From Lama guanicoe (Eukaryota): 64,000 nucleotides of DNA. Below are positions 49,750-60,863 of the stretch, piece after piece; position 1 is the stretch's first letter; every line of letters begins with the position of its first letter. The position numbers were made by a program, and so were the translations under genes. Location: positions 5,323,902 to 5,387,901 of the forward strand of contig MU053652.1 of assembly GCA_013239625.1 (NCBI GenBank), written 5' to 3'. The notes under the pieces were generated by a model. That model searched no databases. It saw nothing but the letters and a program-made list of their open reading frames with translations, and was not told the origin of the DNA.

Positions 49750-51750
49750 AAACACTTCGTGGTCTCCTCTCTCCAATTTCTCAATCCCTGTCGTCTATTT
49801 CCACAAATCATCCGGAAACTCAGGGTCACACCTGGGCCTTGTCATCACCCAGAATCACCTGACATTTAGGTCTAAGAACTAGTTCTCCTCTGTTTTGCTC
49901 TCAAATGCTCACCAAGCCTATTCTTAAGTTACACCGACACCTCCAGTTCCTGGCCCTCTCTGTTCTCATTCGACCCCTCTGTCTTCCTTATCCAGCCTGG
50001 TGTCCGCTTTTCGACGTTCCCATGCTGTTATCCTAGAATCTGTCAACTCTCATCCTTCTAATACATCTGCCTTGATTCCTCTTGTCCTGTATCAAGTAAG
50101 TGGAGCAGGAAAACTGACTAAATGCAATTGAAGTTAGGTATTCTATACTAGTGTTTTTCAAATTTTAACTTGCAATTCATTGATAGATCATGAGCTCGAT
50201 CTAGTGAGTTTTTTTTTTTAGGATAAAGTAGAAAACATTCATCTCAAAAAGTAAGTGTAAGTGTTGTTTCATGAATGTATTGTGTTAGTTATGTTCATAT
50301 ATATGTATGTGTGTGCTGAGCCACAACATAAAATGTGTTTCTTAACATAGAATAAAGGTATTTGACAACTAATGCTCTGTACTGTCTAGCAATTCTTCAG
50401 GATGTCTGGGGTCTTCAGTAGCTTTTCAAAAATTTCCCTTCAGTCCTCAACCCTCTATTCCTGACCTTGTGAAACTCAGAGGGCTTACCTTTGCCTTGCT
50501 TTCCAAAGAGAGGTTATCAGATGGAACAGCTTCAAAATCCTCCTCTACCAAGAAATACGTGTCGGTCTGCCCTTGTTCTTTTCCCTTTTCTTCTGCCTTA
50601 ATGAGAGGGATGGTCCCATTCTGCTGCTTTGGTGCTCACCCTTCCCTTTTCATTGGTGACCATGTGACCCAGCTCAGTCGTCTCCCTGAACTCTTCTTAC
50701 ATCTTCCCACAGTTGATACACACACTAAATTTCCTACCTTAAAAAAAAATCTTCCCCTGATCCTGTGTCCTCCTCTGTCTATATCGTACACTTCTACTTC
50801 CTGTCATAATCATTTAAGGTTTTTAGTTTAAAACACCTTTCCTTTAAAAAGTATTATTTTTGTTTTCCCTAATTATAATGGTAATATACGTTGTCTGTAG
50901 AACGTTTGGAAATGACAAAGTCACGGCACTCCTTGTAAGAGAAGTTTCCACCTGCAGTCACCCTTCTTCACAGCCTATTCCCCAGAAGCTTCCACGGTCT
51001 GGCATTAGCACCCTCTTCACTGAAGCTGATCTTGACCCTCACTTGTGACCTTTACACTTCCTGGGTCTTGCTTCTCCTCCTGGTGATGGAAAGCTCTGAC
51101 CATTTCTCCAGATTCTCTCCCCACTCAACTTTCCCTTTCCTTAGTTCACCTCCGCCTCCACGGTCATTTCTCCTCAGACTTCCTTATGGTTCCCTCTTCC
51201 TCTGGTCGCCCCTTAGAGGTCAGCGTGTTCCCGGGCTCTCTGCTTGGGTTTCTGCTCTTCTCGGTCTGTATGAAGTTCCTCGGGGCTGTCATCCATGCCC
51301 ATAGCTTCAGGCACCACCTATGTATGGATTGCTTGTGTCTATATTTCTAGGTTCATGTCCAAGGAGCACCTCCATCTGAGTACTCCACAGCACCCCCCAA
51401 ATCTGCCTAAACTGAACTCATTATATTTTCTCCATATCTGTTTCTCTCCCCAGTTTTCTTTTTCGACAAAGGACACCCTCCATCTCCTAAGTTGCCCCAT
51501 AAACTTACATATCTTGCAGTATTCCTCCCTCTTCATGCACACACCTGGACAATCACCAGTTCCAGGCCCATCTCTCCTGAATCTCTGTCCTCGTCATCCT
51601 GAGTGCCACTGCTCACTCGGGGCTCCCATCCTTTCTTGCTCGCGCGATGATGGCATCCCTCTCTCTGTCTTCCTGTCTCTAAAGAAGATCTTGCTCTTCT
51701 TTAATCTTTCCTCCCCTCTGCCACTGGAATGATTTTTCCGTCTTCTGAAA
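49750..51750 (+). mobile_element. Fragmented ancient L2
   Basis: Pyrimidine-rich L2 ORF-like text (ggtcacacctgggccttgtcatcacc; ctgaccatttctcc; catccatgcccatagcttca; gcctaaactgaactcat). Confidence 0.55.
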
Positions 51751-53588
51751 ATGGTAATCAATTGTTTAAGCAGACACCAGCACATTTTTGTTGTAAAAAT
51801 GTTAGGCGTAACAGTTGAGTAAGAAATGAAAGTCTTTTTCCGTCAACACTTTCCCCCTCCCCAAAGGTAATCACCACAAACAATTTTGGTGTGCATCTTT
51901 CTAGCCCTTTTCCTATGAATTTATATGTACATATAGGTTCATAAACAAAACTATAGGATTCGATTTTTTAACATAAATAAGGTCATACAGTTCACTCAAA
52001 TTGACTTTTTCTCTTAATAGATCTTAGCACACTTTCCATATCAGTATATACACGTCCATATGATTCTTCCAAACTGCTTCATAATTTTACATATACAGGC
52101 TTAATTTTCCTTTCTCCTACTAATGGACATTTCAATTATTTTTAGTTTGGGGCCATTATAAGCAGTGCTGCTATAAAAATCTTTCTACATATATTGTATC
52201 ATAATTGAGAGCATATTTTGGTTGGGCAGATACTTAAGAGTAAAATTACTGGGTCACAGAGTACATGCATCTGAATTTTCAATTGACACTGCCAAATTGT
52301 CTTCCAAAAAGCTATAGCCAATTTATATTTCCATAAAGATCATTTCCTAGCATTTCAGTACTAACACTGAATATTGAACATTTGTAAATCTGACTGTAAA
52401 AAATATTCAGTTGTTGCTTTTATTCACCTTCCTTTGATCAATAGTAATACTAGGCATCTTTCCACACGTTTAGTGTGAAATGTTTTGGTGAAATACTTGT
52501 TTTATCCTTTGCCTATTTTTAAATTGAGTTGTTTGTCTTTTCTTACTGATTTGTGGAGCTCTTACAGATATTTTCTCCCAGTTTGTGGCTTTTTTTTTAA
52601 ATCTTTTAAAAGGTACCTTTTATTATTTAAAAGTTTAAACTTTTTATGTAGTAAAATGGTCAGTCTATGGCCTTTGGGTCTGAAAAAAACTTCTCACCTC
52701 AAAATTATATTAAAATAATCTTGTACTTTCTTAGGATGCTGTTATAGTTTCATTTTTACATTTAGCTCGTTCATCTGTGTGGAATTTATTTTTGCACAAC
52801 ACAGGAAATAGGAACCTAATTTTGTTTCCAAATGCTTAGCCAATTGTACCAATGCCATTTAATATAAAATTCTGCCTTTATCATCACAGAAATTATGAAT
52901 ATGTGGCTGCTGCTAGCTTTCCTTGTGTCCTCTGTTGCCTGCAGCACATGTTTTAATCATTAACATTCTATGTTTTGAAACCTGGTATGGTAAATGCTCT
53001 CTCATTGATCTTTTCAAATGTATTCTTATACATTTTTCTCTTCCAGATGAACTTTATAAAAAGCTTGTAAGTGCCATAAAAAACTATGCTTGGATTTGAT
53101 TGGGATTATATTGATTTTATAGGTTAATTTAATGGCTTTATAATTTTGAGTTTTCCCATTCTGAAATACGGTATATTTCTTCATTTTCTCAGGCCTTCTT
53201 CAGTATAGCTTCAGAAAAACTTTATATTTTTATTTACATGAGTTTATGCATTTCTCATTAAGATTGTTTTTGGACATTTCAGTTTGGGCTATTTCTGTGA
53301 ATGTATTTTTTTTAATTATATGTTCTAACTGGTTATTGCAAATATGTAGAAAATTTATTGATTTTTTTTGTGTTGATCATGTATTTAGCCACCTTAGTGA
53401 ACTTTTATTAATTATCTATACAAATATAATACTATATTAATATTTTTCAGTTGATTCTATTGAATTTTCTAGCTTGACAATTATATCATTTCCAAATGAA
53501 TGTTTACTTTTTCCTTTTGAGATCTGTACCAATTATTTCCTTTTTCTTAAAAAATTTTTTTTTGTCTTATTGCACTGACTACAATATT

Positions 53589-54100
53589 GTGGTTGATTTT
53601 TTTCCCCCTAGCATCCCTTTTCTCCTGCTAACAGCACCTTGATTGATTGGTTGATTGGTTGGTTAGCTGACTGACTGATTTTGAAGAGTTCTCTCTCTCC
53701 CTTGTGGGTAGTCTTAGAAGAATGGTAAATCCTGGGACCCTGCTTTCCCATTATGGACGTAGAAGGGGCCCTTGGACAGTTTTAAAATTAGATCTTTCCC
53801 ATCAGTGCACCTGCATAGCCAAGGGGCAAGCCCATGTCTTGGGCTTAGCCATTTGGATTTACTGTCCTAGGACTTTGGCTCTTGAAGAAAGTGACCCATG
53901 TGTAAGCAAGCAAGAAAAACTGAAATTCATTGGTTCCAGAGACCAAGTAATTCCTGTCTGTTTTGCTAGGTTCCCCAGGCTCCCAGTTGATTTTGAGAGT
54001 TTTCTAAAAGTGCTCCAATAAATTCTCCTTCCCCTTGTATAAAATTAGTCAGAATTGGTTTCAGGCGATTTCTTTCAACCTAAGAACTTTCATCTGATAC
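53589..54100 (+). mobile_element. Old ERVL/MaLR-class solo LTR
   Basis: TG start; ccaataaattctcc poly(A) signal followed by a U5-like aattagtcagaattggtttc...caacctaagaac...ctgataca end. Confidence 0.6.
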
Positions 54101-55084
54101 ATTTTCTTGGTCTTGTCTTCAATTAGAATGTCTCTAGTGGTTCACCTTCAAAAATAATTTGCATGTTTCTGATGGTTAACTTCTATTTAGGAAAAGGAAT
54201 TTCCTTCCATTCCTACCTCATAAAAGATTTTCTAAAATTTAGAATGGGATTTTTATTTCAAAAAGCCTGCTGTATTCTATCAAATGCGTTTTTTATATCT
54301 ATCAAAACAGAGAAAACCCTGATATTTTCTCCTTTGTTAATGGGATTTCCTAATATTGAATCATCCTGGGAGTCCTGCAATAAGTCGTATTTGGTCATGA
54401 TACATGTATGTTGAATATACTGCTGCATTTAATTTACTAATATTTGGTTTAGGAGTTTTGCATCTACATTTTTGAATAATAAGACAATAACTGTCTTTTT
54501 CAGCATGCAATTTTGATCCAGTTTTGGTAATAGGGTTATATTTAATTTGTAAAATGAAATGGAAAAACTCTTTATGTTTCTATACTCAATCTGGAATTGT
54601 TTGTCTAAAGTAGAAATCACTGTTTTTCCCTTAAAATTTTCCTATAATTCACTTGTAAAGTCATCTGATTTTTCTTTATGCCTCTTTAGGGATAGACTTT
54701 TAAAATAACATTTCTTTTTTCTCCAACAGTTATTGATTTCTCTGTGTTTTGTATCTTCCTTTGAGCCAATTATTTTATGTTTTCTTTGAAAATATCCATT
54801 TAATCTAAGTTTTCAAATTTATTGATAATAACTTGTATGTGATACATAAAAATAGTATGTGATACTATTTTTAAAATAAAAACTCTTATCTATAGGTTTG
54901 CTCCTTTTCTTATCTTAACAGGTGTTTCTGTTGTCTCTCTCTTTAATCAGGCGTGATAAAATTTTCCTACTTATCTTTTCAAAAATCAAATCTAATTTTT
55001 GTTTTCTATTTTGTTAATTTTTCTCTTTGTCTTCATTAATTGCTTTCTTCTGCTTTCTTTGGGCTTATTTTGCTCTTGAATTGG

Positions 55085-55535
55085 TAAATCTTAGTGGGAG
55101 GCAAAGCCTGCCTTCTCTGTAAAGGCTGAAAATGTCATTCTCTCTTGTAGCATGGACACAGATGCATGATCTAGGCTCCAGTCATGGGTACACTACCCCA
55201 GTTTTGCATTGAGAGTTAGCAATGCACAGAAGTGACAGCAGTGGCATTGGCAGCAAGACCAAGTTCTTGGGACAGGACCATCAGAGGCAGTCTCAGCATC
55301 CATGGCTGTCAGAGTCAGTGCAAGATGCAGTTGCTGGCCCCTGGTGGTGACAACAGCATTGTCCTTCCCAGACTGGTTCAGTGGCACTGTGGTGGGCGTT
55401 GCTCAAACTGTGCAGCTAAGTCTAGTTCTAATGCCAAGCCATTGATTCTGTGAGCTAATCATTTGTCCTGTTAATAAATAAATAAAAACCAGAGTTGGTT
55501 TTTATTGCTTTCAACTTGGAATCTTGACTGAACAC
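55085..55535 (+). mobile_element. Old ERVL-class LTR (LTR33/LTR41-like)
   Basis: aggctgaaaatg...gcatgatctaggctcc...taataaat...accagagttggtttttattgctttcaacttggaatcttgactgaaca. Confidence 0.6.
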
Positions 55536-56549
55536 ATGCTTTCACTGTCATTCTTTGCTAAATAAATATTTCCAAATAAATAATGTTTCTAAATGACATA
55601 AATAAAAAAATAGTGTTCCTAAATAGCACTTTGAGTTCCTCTTTATTTTAGGAGTTATTTAGAAGGATGTTCAAAATATTTCCCAGTTGATAAATATTCT
55701 GGTTCTCTCTTTTCATTAATTTCTCTTTTTATCGTGATGTGGTCAGTTAATGTGGCTTGTAAAACTTCTGACGTTTGGAATTTATTGACATTTTACCTGT
55801 GATCTGACATGTATCAAATCTTGAAAAAAAAATCTTGTTACTGATCTAAGAGTATATTTTCCATTTGTGAGTAGGAAGTTTCCACTCTGAATGTAGCCAT
55901 TCATGGATTTGTCATTTTTACCTTCTATTTTGAAGAGTTACCAGTCTTCATGATTGAGAGCACCTTTTTTAGTATAAAATATTCTGTTTTGAACTTGAAT
56001 CCTATTTTAACATTAATATTGTCACATTTGCTGTACTTTCTTTTTATTAGCAATTGTTTATTTTCCATACATCTATTTTTACTTTTACTACATAATTTCC
56101 TCTCTCCGTCCTTCCCTTCCTTCTCTGCCCAAAGTGCAGATATCTGTCTTTTAAAGGGAGAATTTGCTGTAATTGTGTTTATTATGATTATCTCTATGGT
56201 CAGTTATATTTCCCACCACTTCAATTTATATTTGTCATTACTTCTTGGTGTTTTATTCTTTTGGCTCTTTTGTTGGAATTATCACATTTTTTGCATTTAA
56301 TTTTTATTTCTCTTTTTTCTAATCATTATCCTTTAAGTCTTTATCCTATATTTTTAAACTTAAAATTTAACTTCACTCTCTAGAGCAGAAGTGTCCAATA
56401 GAAACTTCTGTGATGATGGAAATGTCTTCTGTCTCTAACGCTGTCTAGTAGGGTAACCACCAGCTACATGTGGCTATTGAGTACTAGAAATGTGGTTTGT
56501 GTGACTGAGGACCTGAAGTTTTAATTGATTTAATTTGAATTAATGTACT

Positions 56550-56682
56550 TCTTAATAATTTTTTTGGTGCGGGGAGGTAATTAGGTTTTTTAATTTATTC
56601 TTGGGGGAGGTATTGGGGATTGAACCCAGGATCTCATGCATGCTAAGCAGGAGCTCTACCGCTTGAGCTACACCCTCCCTCC
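56550..56682 (-). mobile_element. tRNA-Ala-derived camelid-type SINE
   Basis: Reverse complement GGGAGGGTGTAGCTCAAGCGGTAGAGCTCCTGCTTAGCATGCATGAGATCCTGGGTTCAATCCCCAATACCTCC...AAACCTAATTACCTCCCC. Confidence 0.9.
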
Positions 56683-56729
56683 TAAACCAGTGTACATTTA
56701 AATAGACATGTGTAGCCAGTGAGTACTAC

Positions 56730-57134
56730 TGGATTAGTTTGCTCCGGCTGCCATAACAAGATACCACAGCATAGGTGGTTTAAACAACAGAAATGTATTA
56801 TCTCATAGTTCCGGAAGCTGGAAGTCCAAGATCAGGCTGTTGCCAGGGTTTGGTTTCTCCTGAGGCCTTTCTCCTTGGCGTGTAGATGGCTGTCTTCTCA
56901 CTGTGTCCTCGCCTGGCTTTTCCACTGTGTGCACATCCCTGGTGTCGCTGGTGTATCCACATGTCTTCTTCTTACAAGGACACCAGTCAGATTAGATCAG
57001 GACTCACCCTAACAATGTCATTTTAACTTAATCATCTCTTTAAAGGCCCTGTCTCCAAATACGTTCACATTCTGAGCTACTGAGGGTTAGGGCTTCAACG
57101 TAAGAATTTTGAGGGATGCAGTCAGGCCATAACA
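56730..57134 (-). mobile_element. MaLR solo LTR (MLT1B-like)
   Basis: attagtttgctccggctgccataacaagataccacag...cttacaaggacaccagtcagattaga...gtctccaaatac...gggttagggcttcaac...ccataaca. Confidence 0.9.
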
Positions 57135-57512
57135 GCCAAATTGGAGAGCACAGGCCCAGAGAGCTGGTGTTTATTTTTTCTTCTCCAGATACTCTGCTAT
57201 TCACCGTGGGATACTTTGGCTTTTCTGCTCCACATCCTGTACTACCATCTGCCTTACATAATCATCTGGAATTCTGCTCCCAGTTTTTTTCTTGATTTCT
57301 GCATTAGGAATGATTCGAATTAGCTAGACATTTTATATACTTCTTTGTTTACATTTTTTTCCTTTTGGACCACGCATTCCTCTTTCTTGAACTCATTTAC
57401 TTTGTTGCTACAATATTGCCCTCAAGTAATTCTTTCAGAGAGGCTCGTGGGCCAGGTATAGGATTCTAAGTTCAAAATTAATGTCTCTTAATAATTTGAA
57501 GACATGGTTTAC

Positions 57513-57962
57513 ACTGCTGGTTTCCCACTGAGATCCTTTATTAGCAGGCAAGGGCACCCATTCCCCAACTGTTGCGAGCATTGGCTTCTAACAGCTCCCT
57601 CCTGCTCACTTGTCTGAAGAACTGCCCTTTGTTCAAAGAGAGTTAACTCATTTGGTAAATACCCACCCACTTTCCCTGGGGGCAGTCTCCAGCCTTTTGC
57701 TGCCAAGTAGGGGTATACAAAAGGCTTTCTCACTGCCTCAAGGTAGGACCAATTCTGTGGGGAATGTTCACGTTCCAGAGCTTTCCCAGGGATCAAGCTG
57801 AAGCCAGTCTCTTGCTGACACCACATCTTTGCCTAGTTCCTTCTCCAGCCCTATTCTGTTTCTCTTACTCTCTCTCTCCCTAAGGTACTCCCTTAATAAA
57901 TCATGTGCACCCAAATTCTTGTCTCAGGCTCTGCTTCTAGGGAACCTCTGATCCAAGATACA
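57513..57962 (+). mobile_element. ERVL solo LTR (LTR16C-like)
   Basis: cacccattccccaactg...tgcctcaaggtaggaccaattctgtgggg...tcccttaataaatcatgtgcac...tctcaggctctgcttctagggaacc. Confidence 0.8.
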
Positions 57963-59140
57963 TTGTTTCAGTATTTTCTACTGTCCCAGCCCTCACACTT
58001 AGCCCAGAACCCATTGCCAATTAGACTTTCAGAAAATGTTCACCAAGGGAACAAATGAAATTATCTTCCCTGGACAGCAAGCTGATCACATTACACTTGC
58101 TTTCCAAATCTCACTTCTAAATATGAAATTAAAATTCCTGATTTTGGCTTAAAGCCTTATTCTAGTGGCTTCTTCACATCAAGCCCATCTACCTTTGTTA
58201 GTCTACTCTGACTTTTTTCTTTTAACTGCTTTTATGATCCCAAACGTATTTTTTTAACATCTGAATTATAAACAGTCTTACATTGCGTATACATGTGTTT
58301 TATTTCCTCAGCTGGAACACAATTTTATGGACTTTGTAAGTTGCTTAGGACCTAGCACTTTGCTAGATATGTAATGTTCAATTAATAATTGTGTATTTAT
58401 TATGTTATTGTATGTTAAAAGATTGTATTTGAACACACATTTTCTCTTAGAAAAAATAGTCTTTTTCTTTCCTTAGTACTCCCCGTTTGGAAACCCTATT
58501 TCCATAGCAACAGATTATCATAAAAGAAGGAGGATAGTATGGTCTTTACTTTGAATGACCAGGAAGAGAAAGGTTATGAGAAGAAAACTTGTAATTGCAA
58601 AATTATAAATAAAATGAATGAATCAAGCAGAGGCAAGCAGTTAATACAAAAGAGGCTAAATCATTTCTAACAGCATTAATAGTATTATCGTACTTCAAGA
58701 TGATTAAACTAGCCAGCAGAATCCAGAGGCTCAAACATTAGTAATGTGATAAACTTCAGAAGCTGAAGGCAAAAGCATTAGGTCAGTCCCAGGGGTCCTT
58801 CCTGGCTTCAAAGCAGTGCCCTCTATTTGATCAGTGAGGGCAGTGGAACAGAACCTAAGCTCTTTAATGATTTGCAGTATCATCAAGTCTCCAATAAGCC
58901 CGTATTTGAGAGTTGCCTGAGGTGACTTTCTCTTTAATTTGCGAAAAGTGTTCAATATCCAAGTAGTGACAAATTGAATCTGGCTCACAAAGAGGAGAGA
59001 AAAATAATGCGGCACAAAACAAGCTTCTCTTTGGAGAACCTAAATAGAGTTCAGGACAAACTCCAGCAGCTGCAATTCAGTGGATATTTTTCTTTGGCTT
59101 TATGTGACTAGGTAATTTACAATATTCCAAGTGGGGGATG

Positions 59141-59189
59141 GGGGGTATAGCTCAGTGGTAGAGCGCGTGCTTAGCTTGCAGAAGGTCCT
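59141..59189 (+). pseudogene. 3'-truncated tRNA-Ala(AGC)-like copy (tailless tRNA retrocopy or SINE head)
   Basis: GGGGGTATAGCTCAGTGGTAGAGCGCGTGCTTAGCTTGCAGAAGGTCCT is 46/49 to the recalled tRNA-Ala-AGC 5' part; T-loop/B-box and 3' acceptor strand absent. Confidence 0.85.
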
Positions 59190-59489
59190 ATGGTCATTGA
59201 GCATGCTCACCTCTTCTTGAAGTGAAGAACTTTCAGTTGGAAAAAGGGACTGCTGGGGTGATAAGACCATACCTAAAATCCAACATGAACCAGTCTTGGG
59301 GGTGCAGAGATCTTTGAAGAGGAAGCAACAAGGAAGAGGGCACAGGACATGCTACACAGCCAGCTCTCTGCTCCCTGGGTCTTGGTGGCTTCACCTGAGA
59401 AACAGGTGATTCAATAGTTAGGATGATGATCTCTGAGGATCACTGAGCTCAGCAAGTCCACAGTTTTAAAAAAGAACAAAAACAAATAG

Positions 59490-60712
59490 TATTCTTTTCA
59501 TTGCTAGTTGGAATTTCTTTCTTAACCTCACTATTTTTTTGTTAACTATAGTTCTTCATATATTTTTGATATTAGTCCTTTGCTGGTTATATAGGTTGTA
59601 AATATTTTCTCCTTCTTTATGGCTTTTCACGTTTTATAGGGTCTTTTGATGAGCAAAATTCTTATTTAATGTATAACTTACCAACCTTTATTGTTACAGC
59701 TTATGTTTTTTTCTCCTCCTCTTCCTCCTCCTCCTCCTCCTTCTTCTTTTTCGTTTGCATAAGATGCAAAGTTTAGGTCAAAGTTCATTTTTATTTTTTG
59801 CATATGGAGGCCCCATTGTTTCAACACAATTTGTTGAAAATATTTGATCTGCCTATTTTCCTTTGTCCAATTTCCTTTCCTACCTCTCTTAGCTGTAAAT
59901 TATATCTATGAGTGTATCCTTTTCTGGACTCTCTTATTCGTTCCATTTGACTGTTTCTGTACAAAAACCACACAGTCTCTTTTGCTATAGCTTCACAATA
60001 GGTCAATATCTGTCAGAGAAAGCTCTTCCATTGCTACTTTTTTTTAATAGTCATGAATGGATGTCAAATTTTATCAAATGCTTTTTTCTGTACTTGCTAT
60101 GTGAATTTGTGCCAATTGGTTTTTCTAATGTTGAAATAACTTTTTCTTCCTGGAATAATCTAATTGTGTTATTATATAAGTTACCTATTGTAGCAAAACA
60201 AACAACCTCGTATCTCAATGGCATCCAAAAATAAGCATTTACTGACGGGCAGGCATCTTGGGTTATCTGGGTTTGGGCTGATCTAGGCTGCATGGCTTTC
60301 TTTGATGCTGTAGCAGTGGGGACAACTTGTATTCTGTTGGTAGCAGTCTATTTTTGTTTGAAAATATCTTTCTTTGTCCCCCCCCCCTTTAAAAGAAAAC
60401 ATTTTGTGTTTACAATTCTAGACTGTCAGCTATTTTTTTCTCAGCTCTTTGAAAATACTGTTCCATAGTCTTTTGACTTTCATTGTGGCTGTCTTTGTGT
60501 TTCATATGAAGGTTAGTTGTCTTTCCTCTTGGGTTGCTTTTAAGAGATTTTCCTTGTCTTTGTTATTCTATGCTTTCTCTATGATGGGTTTCTTTTTATT
60601 ATCAAGCTTGGAATTCATTATGCTTCTTCAATTTGTGGAAAGGTGTCCTATCATTTCTGAAAAAAATTTAATCATCAGTCCAAATCTTTTTTTGCTATTC
60701 CTTTTCTCTGAA
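59490..60712 (-). mobile_element. Ancient L1 fragments, with a short MLT-like insert near 60175-60300
   Basis: atatttttgatattagtcctttg...aatattttctcct; tcatgaatggatgtcaaattttatcaaatgcttttt; tgttccatagtcttttgactttcattgt. Confidence 0.7.
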
Positions 60713-60715
60713 TGA

Positions 60716-60863
60716 TCCATGGTTGGTTGAATATGCAGAAGTGGATGCAGCAGATATGGAGGGACTGACTATAAGTTATATGTGGAATTTCCACTACGGG
60801 GCTGGGGAGAAGGCATGGGGGGGGCATCGGCACCATAACACTCAATTCTTCAAGGATTAACTG
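60716..60863 (-). mobile_element. TcMar-Tigger (Tigger2/MER8-like) terminal fragment
   Basis: ggttggttgaatatgcag...gatatggagggactgactataagttatatgtgga...ttcaaggattaactg resembles the reverse complement of the cagttgacccttgaa terminus. Confidence 0.7.

Larger units (their letters stand above)
51790..56370 (-). mobile_element. Long fragmented ancient L1, interrupted by two LTRs
   Basis: T-rich antisense L1 motifs (aattactgggtcacagagtacatgcat, cttccagatgaacttta, ttttgcatctacatt, tttcaaatttatt). Confidence 0.75.
56386..57152 (+). mobile_element. MER3 MITE split by a SINE and an MLT LTR
   Basis: gtccaatagaaacttctgtgatgatggaaatgt...tacatgtggctattgagtactagaaatgtgg; resumes aatagacatgtgtagccagtg (56701) and ttggagagcacag (57141). 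Confidence 0.85.

Noticed and set aside
59141..59189. Functional tRNA-Ala gene
   Set aside because: It lacks the T-loop/B-box and the 3' acceptor strand, so it cannot form a cloverleaf.
28844..59189. Co-occurrence of 5S, RPPH1 and tRNA-like retrocopies as a coordinated cluster
   Set aside because: They are 11-19 kb apart with independent junctions and different structures; independent L1-mediated events explain them without a shared system.
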